A stretch of 64,000 nucleotides of DNA from Malacoraja senta (Eukaryota), in contig CM075992.1 of NCBI GenBank assembly GCA_038087875.1, forward strand, positions 1,428,001 to 1,492,000, given 5' to 3'. Positions 23,724 through 38,626 of the stretch are shown here, in pieces (position 1 is the stretch's first letter; every line of letters begins with the position of its first letter). The notes below the pieces were generated by a model. That model made no database searches. It saw only the letters and a list, made by a program, of their open reading frames with translations, and was not told where the DNA came from. A program made the translations under genes and the position numbers.

Positions 23724-24124
23724 TATTAGGGAGCAACTCTACCGCAGTGGTGGAGTGCTGCCTTTGACCTGAGTTTGATCCTGACTATGGGTGCTGTCTG
23801 CACGGAGTTTGCACGTTCTCCCTGTGACCACGTGGGTCTCCTCCAGGTGCTCCGGTTTCCTCCCACATTCCAAAGACGTGCAGGTTTGTAGATTAGACAC
23901 AAAAATCTGGAGTAGCTCAGTGAGTCAGAGAGCACCTCTGGATAAAAGGAATCGGTGATATTTCGGGTCGAGACACTTCTTCATATTTATTTAGTACCGT
24001 GTTTGCAAAATGGTTGTCCTTCTGCAAGTAAGGATTTCATTGTTCCGATTTGGTACAAATGACAATTATACAATCTCTTGACCGTCTTGACTCTGAACCT
24101 AAACACGAGAAACATATTACCATA

Positions 24125-24915
24125 AATATGAGAGGCATAGTTCGGGAAGTCAGTCAGAAGCTTTATCTCAGGGTGGAGATGTCCAGCATTAGAGGGCACA
24201 GCTATGAGGTGAGAGGGGGAAAGTTTAATGGAGATCTTGTTTTTTTACACAGAGGGTGGTGGGTGCCTGGAACGCATTGACAGGGGTGGTGGTGGAGGCA
24301 GATACAATAGTGGTGTTTAAGAAGCTTTTAGATAGGCACGGAAGTGCAGGGAATAGAGGGATATGAATCATGTACAGGGAGATGAGATCAGTTTAACTTG
24401 GCATCATGTTCACCACAGACATTGTGGGCTGAAGGGCCTGTGCCTGTGCTGTCCTGGTCTATGTTGTATGTTCTATGTTCTCTGTTGTATGTTGTATGTT
24501 GTATGTTCTATGTTCTATGTTCTCTGTTCTATGATGTATGTTGTATTTTGTATGTTCTATGTTGTATGTTGTATGTTGTATGTTCTCTGTTGTATGTTGT
24601 ATGTTGTATGTTGCATGTTCTATGTTCTCTGTTGTATGGTGTATGTTGTATGTTGCATGTTCTGTGTTCTCTGCTCTATGTTGCATATTTATGTTGTATG
24701 TTGCATGTTGTATGTTCTGTGTTCTCTGTTGTATGTTGTATGTTGTATGTTGCATGTTGCATGTTCTGTGTTCTATGGTCTAGGTTGTATGTTGTATGTT
24801 GTATGTTGTATGTTGTATGTTCTATGTTCTACGTTGTATGTTCTATGTTCTATGTTCTCTGTTGTATGTTGTATGTTGTATGTTGTATGTTGTGTGTTCT
24901 ATGTTCTATGTTCAT
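24125..24915 (+). repeat. Old CR1 3' end whose tail has expanded into a ~450-bp (TATGTT[G/C])n microsatellite (24458-24915)
   Basis: GGGCTGAAGGGCCTGTGCCTGTGCTGT tail motif runs directly into the 7-mer array. Confidence 0.85.
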
Positions 24916-25194
24916 GCCCACCACCCTTTTGAATGCTAAAACTGAATCTGTACCCACTGCAGCCCCAGTAGGTAATTCCACTCTCTAAATACTTGAGCCA
25001 TCTGAAGAAGGGTCCAGACCTGAAACATAGCCTATCCCTACCATCTACAGATGCTGCCTGACCTGCTGAGTTCCTCCAGCACTTTTGCGCTTTGCTCAAG
25101 ATGCCAGCACCTGCAGTTCCTTGTGTTACGTACTGACGGAATGTGGGAGCAGACAGAGAGGCCTGATAATCAGCTCCTGCTTTTAATCCTAACG

Positions 25195-25510
25195 CGGCAC
25201 GGTGGCGCAGCGGTAGAGTTGCTGCCTCACGGCGCCAGAGACCCGGGTTCCATCCCGACCACGGGCGCTGTCTGTACGGAGTTTGTACCTTCTCCCCGTG
25301 ACCTGCGTGGGTTTTCTCCGAGATCCCCGGTTTCCTCCCGCACTCCAAAGACGTGCAGGATTGTAGGTTGATTGGCTTGGTGCCATTGTAAACTTATCCT
25401 GAGTGTGTGTAGTGGGATGGTGTTAATGTGCGGACATCGCTGGTCGGGGCGGATTCGGTGGGACAAAGGGCCTGTTTCCGCGCTGTATCTCTAAACTAAA
25501 CCAAAACTAA
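25195..25510 (+). mobile_element. Full-length HE1/V-SINE-type SINE
   Basis: A-box TGGCGCAGCGG, B-box-like GGTTCCATCCC, core, tail CTGTATCTCTAAACTAAA. Confidence 0.92.
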
Positions 25511-25896
25511 GCTCTCGCCCATCGTTCCCGTGCATTTGTTCCTCTGCAGGTGGTCAATGAAGCCCTGAAATGTCTTCAACATAATTGAGGGAAACTGCAG
25601 CACATTAATCTAAATTACCAACTCCATTAGAGCCCACTCTGTGCAGCTGCACTTCACAATGTCTCCAGGTTCCCACGGTCACCACTGTTATGTCCATGAC
25701 CTGGCTGTGTTCAGGTCTACTTTGCCCAGCTACTCATCCACCTGCTGTCTATGCACTGTCTCCCTCGTCAGTCTCCACCCCTCTGCTGAATGTGGTGCCT
25801 GGGGGGGAGCAGGGCCCTGACGTACCCACAATGTCCTTGTAGTTCAACAGTGAACTTGCACAAAGAGGGCACATCAATTTTCACACAGCGTCCAAA

Positions 25897-27923
<2,027 letters not shown>

Positions 27924-28536
27924 ATACCATATTTAAAAGACACATTGCTGGGAAGGAAAGGTTTAGAGGGACATGGGGCATGCGGATATCTAGTGGGACG
28001 AGTGTAGATGGTGCATCTTTGTCAGAATGGACGGGTTGGGCAGAAGGGCCTGTGCCCGTGCTGTACGTCTCCATGCCACTGCCCTGTCTCCTGTTGGAGC
28101 CACACATTGACGCTCGAAGAACCAGATCATGTCCCTGACTTCTGCCACTCAGCAGAGCTGCTAATTTTCCCATCTTTAAGCAAGTATTTGTCTTTCAACA
28201 AGTTAAATAACGCTGCTCAAGCCTGGATCCTATTCCACATACCCACTAATCACATTTAATACTCCCTCACATTTTGTTTAAGGCTTATTAATTTGTCCAC
28301 TTGTCCTCCATCTTCGAGCTGATCGCTGATCCTCGTCACTTTTAAAGCTTGGATTATATGTCCTCACTTTTTTTTCTGCCTAAACTGTTCTAACACCCAA
28401 GGGATTTGAGCTTCTTTCATTCATTGTTCTTTATCTCTCTACGTCAACGTCTATATCCCTCGTTTCCCTTATCCCGAACAAGCCTGAAGAAGGGCCTCGA
28501 AGCCTAAACGTCACCCGTTCCTTCTCTCCAGAGAAT

Positions 28537-29386
28537 AACCATCAAAGACCCACACCATCCTGGCCACACACTCATCTCCCCACTACCTTCAGGTAGAAGG
28601 TACAGGAGCCTGAAGACTGCAACGACCAGGTTCAGGAATAGCTACTTCCCCACAGCCATCAGGCTATTAAACTTGGCTCGGACAAAACTCTGAACATTAA
28701 TAGCCCATTATCTGTTATCTGTAGTTTATCAGTTTATTTATTCATGTGTGTATATATTTATATAATGGTAGGTAGACAAAAATGCTGGAGAAACTCAGCG
28801 GGTGCAGCAGCATCTATGGAGCGAAGGAAATAGGCAACGTTTCGGGACGAAACCCTGAAGGAAATAGGCAACGTTTCGGGACGAAACCCGGAAGGGTTTC
28901 GGGCCGAAACGTTGCCTATTTCCTTCGCTCCATAGATGCTGCTGCACCCGCTGAGTTTCTCCAGCAGGTACACAAAAATGCTGGAGAAACTCAGCGGGTG
29001 CAGCAGCATCTATGGAGCGAAGGAAATAGGTAACGTTTCGGGCCGAAACCCTTCTTCAGACTGATAGGGGGTGGGGAGAAGAAAGGAAAAAAGGAAAAAG
29101 GCGGAGGAGGAGCCCGAGGGCTGGGGGAGGGGAGGAGACAACCAGAGGGCTGATGAAGGTGGAGGGGACAGCAAGGGCTAGCAGAATTGGGAGAATTCAA
29201 TGTTCAAGCCCCCAGGATGTAGACTGCCCAAGCGGAATATGAGGTGCATTTATATAATGGTATATGGACACACTGATCTGTTTTGTAGTCAATGCCTACT
29301 ATGTTCTGTTGTGCTGAAGCAAAGCAAGAATTTCATTGTCCTATCAGGGACACACATGACAATAAACCCACTTGACTTGACTTGAC
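28537..29386 (+). mobile_element. Rex1/Babar LINE 3' end split by a PLE insertion
   Basis: Near-identical to 31347-31670; tail ACAATAAA...(CTTGA)n. Confidence 0.88.
28771..29247 (-). mobile_element. 5'-truncated PLE: ORF end, 3' UTR and fold-back cassette
   Basis: Perfect 15-bp TSD ATTTATATAATGGTA (28756-28770, 29248-29262); rc of ~29190-29246 encodes HLIFRLGSLHPGGLNIEFS. Confidence 0.9.
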
Positions 29387-29548
29387 GGAGATGCTGCCCG
29401 TCCCGCTGAGTTACTCCAGCTTTCTGTGCCTCTGTCTTCGGTGTAAACCAGCATCTGCAGTTCCTTTCGAACACAAGAGATTTGAGTCCTTGATTCTGAA
29501 GCTTCAGCAATGCACCAGAGTTTCTTGGAGGGATTGGTGCAGAGAAAG

Positions 29549-30047
29549 TGTTTAAGGAGGGGTTTCGTCCCGAAACGTTGCCTATTTCCTTCGCTCCATA
29601 GATGCTGCTGCACCCGCTGAGTTTCTCCAGCATTTTTGTGTACCTGCTGGAGAAACTCAGCGGGTGCAGCAGCATCTATGGAGCGAAGGAAATAGGCAAC
29701 GTTTCGTCCCGAAACCCTTCCGGGTTTCGTCCCGAAACGTTGCCTATTTCCTTCAGGGTTTCGTCCCGAAACGTTGCCTATTTCCTTCGCTCCACAGATG
29801 CTGCTGCACCCGCTGAGTTTCTCCAGCATTTATAACCATATAACCATATAACAATTACAGCACGGAAACAGGCCATCTCGACCCTTCTAGTCCGTGCCCA
29901 ACACGTATTCTCCCCTAGTCCCATCTACCTGCGCTCAGACCATAACCCTCCATTCCTTTCCCGTCCATATAACTATCCAATCTATTTTTAAATGATAAAA
30001 ACGAACCTGCCTCCACCACCTTCACTGGAAGCTCATTCCACACAGCA
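29549..30047. mobile_element. PLE fold-back cassette (+, ~29559-29831) fused to a CR1 3' end (-, ~29832-30046)
   Basis: Whole block flanked by the 12-bp direct repeat GTGCAGAGAAAG (29537-29548, 30048-30059). Confidence 0.8.
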
Positions 30048-30190
30048 GTGCAGAGAAAGATACTCGCTGTCATGAATGGAGCCGTGATGGTTTCTGTTGA
30101 GGTGAAGTCACCAACTTTTGCTGCAACAACAGTGAATGAGTACGCCTTAAAATTCGACACAACGTTCGTTGCAAATTTGTACCATCAACA

Positions 30191-30493
30191 GGGCGGCACG
30201 GTGGCGCAGCGGTAGAGTTGCTGCCTCATGGCACCAGAGACCCGGGTTCGATCCCGACTACGGGTGCTGTCTGTACGGAGTTTGTACCTTCTCCCCGTGA
30301 CCCGCGTGGGTTTTCTCCGGTTGCTCCGGTTTCCTCCCACACTCCAAAGACGTGCAGGTTTGTAGGCTAATTGGCTTCTGTAAATTGTCCCTAGTGTGTG
30401 TCGGATAGAATCAGTACATGGTTGATCGCTGGTCGGTGCAGACTCGGTGGGCCGAAGGGCCTGTTTCCACACTCTATCTCTAAACTAAACTAA
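30191..30493 (+). mobile_element. Full-length HE1-type SINE
   Basis: GGGCGGCACGGTGGCGCAGCGG head, GGTTCGATCCC B-box, (CTAAA)n tail. Confidence 0.92.
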
Positions 30494-31672
30494 TCTGGAC
30501 CACTTGGACAACAAAAACTCATATGTCAGGCTGTTATTCATCGATTACAGCTCGGCATTTAATACAATCATCCTCTCCAAGCTGGTTACCAAACTCGCAG
30601 AACTGGGTCTCTGCGCATCCCTCTGCAATTGGATCCTCGACTTCCTCACTCTCAGACCACAGTCTGTTCGTATTGGTGGAAATGTGTCAGCCTCGATAAC
30701 AATCAGCACGGGAGCACCTCAAGGCTGCGTGCTCAGCCCCCTGCTGTACTCACTCTATGCTCATGACTGCGTAGCCGGACATAGTGCGAACTCCATCATC
30801 AAGTTCGCTGACGACACCATTGTTGTGGGACGTATCACTGATGGGGATGAGTCAGAGTATAGAAGAGAGATCGAGCAACTGTCCATATGGTGCCAGCACA
30901 ATAACCTGGCCCTCAACACCAGCAAAACCAAGGAACTGATTGTGGACTTTGGAAGGAGTAGGATGGGGACCTACAGTCCCGTTTATATCAACGGGTCGAT
31001 GGTTGAAAGGGTCAAGAGCTACAAATTCCTGGGCGTGCACATCTCTGAAGATCTTTCCTGGTCCGAGAACACTGATGCCATTATTAAGAAAGCACATCAG
31101 CGCCTCTACTTCCTGAGAAGATTACGGAGAGTCGGTTTGTCAAGGAGGACTCTCTCTAACTTCTACAGGTGCACAGTAGAGAGCATGCTGACCGGTTGCA
31201 TCGTGGCTTGGTTCGGCAACTTGAGCACCCTGGAGAGGAAAAGACTACAAAAAGTAGTAAACACTGCCCAGTCCATCATCGGCTCTGACCTCCCTACCAT
31301 CGAGGGGATCTATTGCAGTCGCTGCCTCAAAAAGGCTGGCAGTATCATCAAAGACCCACACCATCCTGGCCACACACTCATCTCCCTACTACCTTCAGGT
31401 AGAAGGTACAGGAGCCTGAAGACTGCAACGACCAGGTTCAGGAATAGCTACTTCCCCACAGCCATCAGGCTATTAAACCTGGCTCGGACATAACACTGAA
31501 CTTTATTAGCCAATTAACTGTTATTTGCACTTTATCAGTATATTGACCATGTGTGTATAGATTTATAGAATGCCTTGTAGTCAATGCCTACTATGTTCTG
31601 TTGTGCTGAAGCACAGCAAGAATTTCATTGTCCTACCAGGGACACATGACAATAAACTCACTTGAACTTGAT
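30494..31672 (+). mobile_element. 5'-truncated Rex1/Babar LINE with open RT C-terminal frame (30504-31493)
   Basis: [50 protein letters not shown]...RFRNSYFP. Confidence 0.93.
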
Positions 31673-31867
31673 CTGATCTAAAACTGGACATTTACATTTA
31701 TCCTGGCCACAGCTTGCATAGTCAATGCTAGACTCAGTTCCCAATGGACACAAAATGCAGAAGGGTCTCGACCCGAAACGTCACCCATTCCTTCTCTCCA
31801 GAGACGCTGCCTGTCCCGCTGAGTTACTCCAGCATTTTGAGTCTACCTTCGATTTAAACCAGCATCT

Positions 31868-32726
31868 GGATAGGCTGGGTGAGTGGGCAAATGTTTGGCA
31901 GATGCAGTATAATGTGGATAAATGTGAGGTTATCCACTTTGGTGGCAAAAACAGGAAAGCAGACTATTATCTAAATGGTGGCCGATTAGGAAAAGGGGAG
32001 ATGCAGTGAGACCTGGGTGTCATGGTACACCAGTCATTGAAAGTAGGCATGCAGGTGCAGCAGGCAGTGAAGAAAGCCAATGGTATGTTAGCTTTCATAG
32101 CAAAAGGATTTGAGTATAGGAGCAGGGAGGTTCTACTGCAGTTGTACAGGGTCTTGGTGAGACCACACCTGGAGTATTGCGTACAGTTTTGGTCTCCAAA
32201 TCTGAGGAAGGACATTATAGCCATAGAGGGAGTGCAGAGAAGGTTCACCAGACTGATTCCTGGGAAGTCAGGACTTTCATATGAAGAAAGACTGGATAGA
32301 CTTGGCTTATACTCGCTAGAATTTAGGAGATTGAGAGGGGATCTTATAGAAACGTACAAAATTCTTATGAGGTTGGACAGGCTAGATGCAGGAAGATTGT
32401 TCCCGATGTTGGGGAAGTCCAGGACAAGGGGTCACAGCTTAAGGATAAGGGGGAAATCCTTTAAGACCGAGATGAGGAAAAACTTTTTCATACAGAGAGT
32501 GGTGAATCTCTGGAATTCTCTGCCACAGAGGGTAGTTGAGGCCAGTTCATTGGCTATATTTAAGAGGGAGTTAGATGTGGCCCTTGTGGCTAAAGGGATC
32601 AGGGGGTATGGAGAGAAGGCAGGTACAGGATACTGAGTTGGATGATCAGCCATGATCATATTGAATGGCGTTGCAGGCTCGAAGGGCCGAATGGCCTACT
32701 CCTGCACCTATTTTCTATGTATCTAT
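31868..32726 (+). mobile_element. CR1 LINE 3' fragment inserted in a PLE 3' end (31759-31868, 32727-32750)
   Basis: ORF 32022..32636; tail TTCTATGTATCTATGT; ATCTG at both junctions. Confidence 0.93.
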
Positions 32727-32914
32727 GTATCTGCAGTTCCTTCCCACACATGTTGTCAGTTGATAGGGATTGGTTGATGAACATGTAATGCATCCCGCTG
32801 GGCCAATTTTCTATTCAGTGCTTACCTGATGGTATTGCCACAGCATCTTCCAAAACAGTGTCGAGACCTTTGTTCCTCTCCGTCTGGTCCTCACCTGATC
32901 TCTGTCGCCTGGGC

Positions 32915-34100
32915 TTGTTGTCGCTGAAATTTAGAAGGGATGAGAGGGGATCTTATAGAAACATATACAATTCTTAGATTGGACAGGCTAGATGCAGAAA
33001 AAATGTTCCCGATGTTGGGGGAGTCCAGAACCAGGGGTCACAAAGTTTAAGAATAAGGGGTCGGCCATTTAGGACTGAGATGAGGAAACACCTTTTTCAC
33101 CCAGAGAGTTGTGAATCTGTGGAATTCTCTGCCACAGGAGGCAGTGGAGGCCAATTCACTGGATGTATTCAAGAGAGAGTTAGATTTAGCTCTTAGGGCT
33201 AACGGAATCGGGGGATACAGACATAGATACATAGAAAATAGGTGCAGGAGTAGGCCATTCGGCCCTTCGAGCCTGCACCGCCATTCAATATGATCATGGC
33301 TGATCATCCACTCAGTATCCCGTACCTGCCTTCTCTCCATACCCCCTGATCCCTTTAGCCACAAGGGCCACATCTAACCCTCTTAAATATAGCCAATGAA
33401 CTGGCCTCAACTACCCTCTGTGGCAGAGAGTTCCACAGATTCACCACTCTGTGTGTGAAAACGTTTTTCCTCATCTCGGTCTTAAAGGATTTCCCCCTTA
33501 TCCTTAAGCTGTGACCCCTTGTCCTGGACTCCCCCAACATCAGGAACAATCTTCCTGCATCTAGCCTGTCCAACCCCATAAGAATTTTGTACGTTTCTAT
33601 AAGATCCCCTCTTAATCTCCTAAATTCTAGTGAGTATAAGCCGAGTCTATCCAGTCTTTCTTCATATGAAAGTCCTGACATCCCAGGAATCAGTCTGGTG
33701 AACCTTCTCTGCACTCCCTCTATGGCTATAATGTCCTTCCTCAGATTTGGAGACCAAAACTGTACGCAATACTCCAGGTGTGGTCTCACCAAGACCCTGT
33801 ACAACTGCAGTAGAACCTCCCTGCTCCTATACTCAAATCCTCTTGCTATGAAGGCTAACATACCATTCGCTTTCTTCTCTGCCTGCTGCACCTGCATGCC
33901 TACTTTCAATGACTGGTGTACCATGACACCCAGGTCTCGCTGCATCTCCCCTTTTCCTAATCGGCCACCATTTAGATAATAATGGGGAGAAAGCAGGAAC
34001 GGGGTACTGATTTTGGATGATCTGCCATGATCATAGTGAATGGCGGTGCTGGCACGAAGGGCCGAATGGCCTACTCCTGCACCTATTTTTCTATGTTTCT
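32915..34100. mobile_element. CR1 3' end (+) interrupted by an antisense CR1 (33221-33981)
   Basis: ORF 33355..33945 on the minus strand; host resumes ATGGGGAGAAAGCAGG at 33982. Confidence 0.92.
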
Positions 34101-35744
34101 ATTCCAGCACTTCACAGCATATTGGGGGCAATTAACAACAGCCAATTAAACTGCTAACGTATTCGGGAAGATAGATACAAAGTGCTGGAGTAATGGTGAA
34201 TCTGTGGAATTCTTTGCCACAGAAGGCTGTGGAGCCCAAGTCAAGGGATATTTTTAAGGCTGGAGATTGGCAGATTCTTGATTAGTACGGGTGTCAGGGG
34301 TTGTGGGGAGAAGGCAGGAGAATGGGGTTAGGAGGGAGAGATAGATCAGCCATGATTGAATGGTGGAGTAGACTTGATGGGCCGAATGGCCTGATTCTGC
34401 TTATGAACTCAACGGGTCAGGGAAATCACGACAGGTCTGTGGACAAGCGACTTGCTTTTGAGACCAAAGATGGGCACAAAGTCCTGGAGAAACTCAGTGG
34501 GTCAGACGGCATCTCCGGAGAACACAGATGGGTGACGTTTCGGTTCGGGACCCTTCCTCAGACCGTGTATATTTCTTCAGACCTTGTGTATTTATTCAGA
34601 CAGTATGTGGGAGGCGTAGGAAACTGCAGCATCTGGGGAGATCCAATACGGTCAGAGGGAAAGCATGCAAACTGCACACAGACAGAGCTGGAGGTCAGGA
34701 TCGAACCTGTGAGGCATCAGCTCCACCAGCTGCCGCCCCAAGAAAAGGCAAGCTGTTGTAGTGTAAGTTGTGCCTTCCCTAGACTCTAATCTGTTCCTCC
34801 ACCTCTTGAACTCTGGCACGTTGCAGAGACAGCTCGAGGTGGCAGACTTAAGTCGACACCGCGCCCTGGACCTCATTGAATATTTTTTATTAAATCTGCC
34901 GAGAGAACGTCAGACTTGAGAAAGTCTGCCTCCCGGTCAACCCAAACTGTTGACTGAGCAGAAACCGGAAAAAGGACGTCTCACAGTGCAATCATTGGGA
35001 ATAAATCTCTTCTGGCAGCGGGAAAACAGCCCCTCGCAGATGGAGCGCCTCTCAAAGCCAGAGAACCGTCGGAACAGAGGACCCAGCGTCGTCTGAGATA
35101 ACGTTAAAAAGATTCAATTAAGACTGACAAGTCTAATGAGCAGTGATAGATGGGCTGGGATGCAGAGAATGGGGAAGAATAGTTCGCAGGCTTAGATTTC
35201 ACTCCCACAATGTCATCGAAACAATGAAATGTCCCATATTGTCAGCTTCTGAGTGGTGTTATTAGATGAAGGGTGATGTGCAATTTCAGGTAATCAGTTA
35301 AACAATAATATTGCTGCGTGTAAAGGTGAGGAGTTAGATTAGTTGTTTAAAGTTCCAGCACGTTGATGGTTCCAATCCCGGAAACACAGATTTGAAAACG
35401 ATGATCTGCCTTTTCTATGGAAATAAATCCCCTTGTGAGGTGAGCAACAATATACTGGTATCAGCAAGTTCTCTATATCTCAATGTGACAAGGTCTTGTG
35501 TTCTCAATGAGGCTGGTCGACAAAAAACAGCAGATGGACTTTTTAATATCTAAATTGTCTCTGGTTCAATACTAGGGGTGTCTGGATTGTGAATGGCCTG
35601 CACTTTGAGTAGGCAATGCCCAGTTCCTGACACAAAATTCGAGCACCAGTTTCATCGGGAATTTTTTTTTTTTTTTTAAATATGCTGGGAATTTTAAATA
35701 AGAATACAGAATCTGGAAGTAGAGGTCGGCAGGTTTCATTTATT

Positions 35745-36041
35745 TTCGTTTCAAGATAGGGCGCGGAAACAGGCCATTCGGCCCATCGAGTCTGTGCCGA
35801 CCAGCGATCCCCGCGCGCTAACACTATCCTACACACACTAGGGACAATTTACAATTATACCAAGCCAATTTATCCGACAAACCGGTACGTCTTCGGGGTG
35901 TGGGAGGAAACCGGAGATCCCGGGGAAAACCCACGCAGGTCACGGGGAGAAGGTGCAAACTCCGTACAGACAGCACCCGTCGTCAGGATCGAACCGGGGT
36001 CTCTGGCGTTGTGAGGTAGCAACTCTACCGCTGTGCCACCC
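35745..36041 (-). mobile_element. HE1-type SINE
   Basis: Complete head, core and tail on the minus strand. Confidence 0.9.
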
Positions 36042-36057
36042 AGGCAGCCCTCAGTAA

Positions 36058-36379
36058 AATCCCTGTCCCACAGTGCGAGTTCATTCCAAGAGCTCTCCCG
36101 AGTTTTTAAAAAATCAGACCCCATGAGAATGAAGGTAGCGGGTACGTCGGAGCTCGGGGACGTCTCTTAGCGGCTCGTAACGCTAACGGCAGGTACTCGG
36201 GAAGACTCGCTAACGGCAGGTAAGCTCGGGAAGACTCGGGAAGATTTTTCAACATGTTGAAAAAATGTCCACGAGAGCCCCGAGTACCGACGAGCGGCCA
36301 TTACCGTAAATCTCCGAGTTCGAATCGGGGCAAACTCGGGAGAGCTCTTGGAATGAACTCGTACAGTGGGACAGGGCTA
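36058..36379. mobile_element. PIF/Harbinger-like MITE
   Basis: ~47-bp TIRs; flanks TAA/TTA; interior colinear with 18569-19682. Confidence 0.85.
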
Positions 36380-36824
36380 TTAGTGCTTGTGGAAAGAGAA
36401 ATAGTCAACATTTTGGGGCTAGGACCAGGTTTATTATTGTCATGTGTGCCGAGGTAGACATCTGTAGTCCCTTCCGATACAAAATAGAGGTACACTGCGT
36501 TAAAATGCACGTGAGAGTCAATAAACTAAAAGGAGACACAAAATAGATAAGAAAAGAGCTAAATATAAAAGAATACGTACAGGAACTATACATAGATGTC
36601 CCAGAAATCACTAGGCAAAGGAAGGGCTGGTCCAGAGCAATGAATCTTCCCAAAACTGGGCCACATGAGCAGGTAATCCTGCATCTTTATACAACACCAG
36701 AGATGTCCATGTGATCCATGGCAACGTGAGCTTCAGGAAGGAGATAACTGGGGTGAAGGTGAAAATGGAGCAGTGTAGGAAGGAACTGCAGATGAAATGT
36801 GTCAGAAGGAACTGCAGATGGAAG

Positions 36825-37375
36825 TCTGAAGGACGGGTCTCGTCGTGAAACATCGCCCATTTCTTCCCTCCAGAGATGCTGCCTTGCCCGCTGAGTTACT
36901 CCAGCACTCTGTGAAACGTCACCTATCCATGTTCTCCCACAGATGCTGCCTGACCCGCTGAGTTACTCCAGCACTCTGTGAAACGTCACCTATCCATGTT
37001 CTCCACAGATGCTGCCTGACCCGCTGAGTTACTCCAGCACTCTGTGAAACGTCACCTATCCATGTTCTCCCACAGATGCTGCCTGACCCGCTGAGTTACT
37101 CCAGCACTCTGTGAAACGTCACCTATCCATGTTCCGGCAGCATCTGTGGAGCGAAGGAAATAGGCAACGTTTCGGCCCGAAACCCTTCCGGGTTTCGGCC
37201 CGAAACGTTGCCTATTTCCTTCAGGGTTTCAGCCCGAAAGGTTGCCCATTTCCTTCGCTCCACAGATGCTGCCTGACCCGCTGAGTTACTCCAGCACTCT
37301 GTGAAACGTCACCTATCCATGTTCTCCACAGATGCTGCCCGACCCGCTGAGTTACTCCAGCATTTTGTGTCTATA
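36825..37375 (+). mobile_element. PLE relic containing the 66-bp tandem plus fold-back cassette
   Basis: Diverged head CTGAAGGACGGGTCTCGTCGTGAAACATC, several 66/67-mers and the shared fold-back insert. Confidence 0.8.
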
Positions 37376-37821
37376 TCAAGGAACTGCAGATGCTGGTTCA
37401 CACCGAAGATAGACACAAAATGCTGGAGTAACTCAGCGGGACGGGCAGCATCTTTGAAGAGAAGGAATGGGTGATGTTTCGGGTCGAGACCCTTCCTCAG
37501 AAAGAGAGTCAAGGGAGAGAGACACAGAGATAAGGAAGGGTGAGGTATGAAAACGAGAAATGAAAGGGGCAAAAATCAAGGCAAATGTAGAGTAGATGAT
37601 TCCATGTGGGGCAGGAGGATGAGGGGAGATCTTACAGAGGTGTACAAAATCATGAGAGGAATAGATCGGGTTGAGGTACAGAGACTTTTGCCCAGAGTAG
37701 GGGAATCGAGGACCAGAGGACATAGGTTCATGGTGAAGGGGAAAAGATTTAATATGCCTCCGTACAGACAGCACCCAAAGTCGGGATCGAACCCGGGTCT
37801 CTGGCGCTGAAAGCGCTGTAC

Positions 37822-38203
37822 AGGTCCTGTCCCACTTAGGAGACCTAATCAGCAACCTCTGGTGACCTTGCCCACCACCCGAGGTCACCGTAGGTTTTGG
37901 CCACTCTCCCTAATGGTCGAAAGTGGTTTCCGCGGTGGTCGAGGCTTCATCTAGGTTGATGCTAATTTTTCATCGTGATTAAAACCGGCCTCGACTGAAA
38001 ACAGGTCGGCGTTTTAAAGATCGATCATTTTTTAGTCGCAGGTCTAGTCGAAGCTGGGTTTTCTTCATAGTGGAGGAAGGTTTTCAACATGTGCGTGGGA
38101 GGTGGTAGGAGGTTGCAGGTCATCTCGATCTTGATTTTTTTTTTGGGTGGTGGGCAAGGTGACCAGAGGTTGGTGTTTAGGTCTCCTAAGTGGGACAGGG
38201 GCT
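37822..38203. mobile_element. PIF/Harbinger-like MITE inserted in an HE1 SINE head
   Basis: Long TIRs CCTGTCCCACTTAGGAGACCTAA...ACCTCTGGT; flanks TAC/TAA at a host TAA. Confidence 0.85.
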
Positions 38204-38626
38204 TAAGGCAGCAACTCTACCGCTGCACCACCATGCACATTGTGGGGGGTTTGTTTTTGCTTCGAGATAAGTGGAAATGACACACACCTCCAGCCCAGGT
38301 AGACCAACCTGCCAGTGTAGCTGCTTGTGTTGTATCTCACAGACATCTTATATGAAGCAAACAAAACACAGGAAGCAAAGAATGATGCAACTGTGTGAAA
38401 TTAAAGTGCTATAAAATAACATGTAATTAGCTCGTAGAAATTAGAAGCAATTTTCGCTATTTGTGCCTGAATAATATATCATTATCTGTTTTGCTAAACT
38501 CTTGAGTTAAGGAGGTTTGTATCAAATGAAATTCAATGTTAGGACTGAGATGCCTCCAGCGGTACCTGAAGTCCTGTCTTGGCAATCCTAGCGTGACACA
38601 ACTCAGGGCAGGGCAGCGGTAGAGTT

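Noticed and set aside
24363..24988. Cys/Met/Tyr/Val-rich ORFs
   Set aside because: Translation of a 7-mer microsatellite.
25195..25265. tRNA-like sequences with A and B boxes
   Set aside because: They are SINE heads continuous with the SINE core and CR1-like tail, present in many copies.
30504..31493. Uninterrupted 329-aa ORF as a host or domesticated gene
   Set aside because: It starts mid-RT without an ATG and is followed by a normal LINE 3' UTR; a young truncated Rex1/Babar copy explains it.
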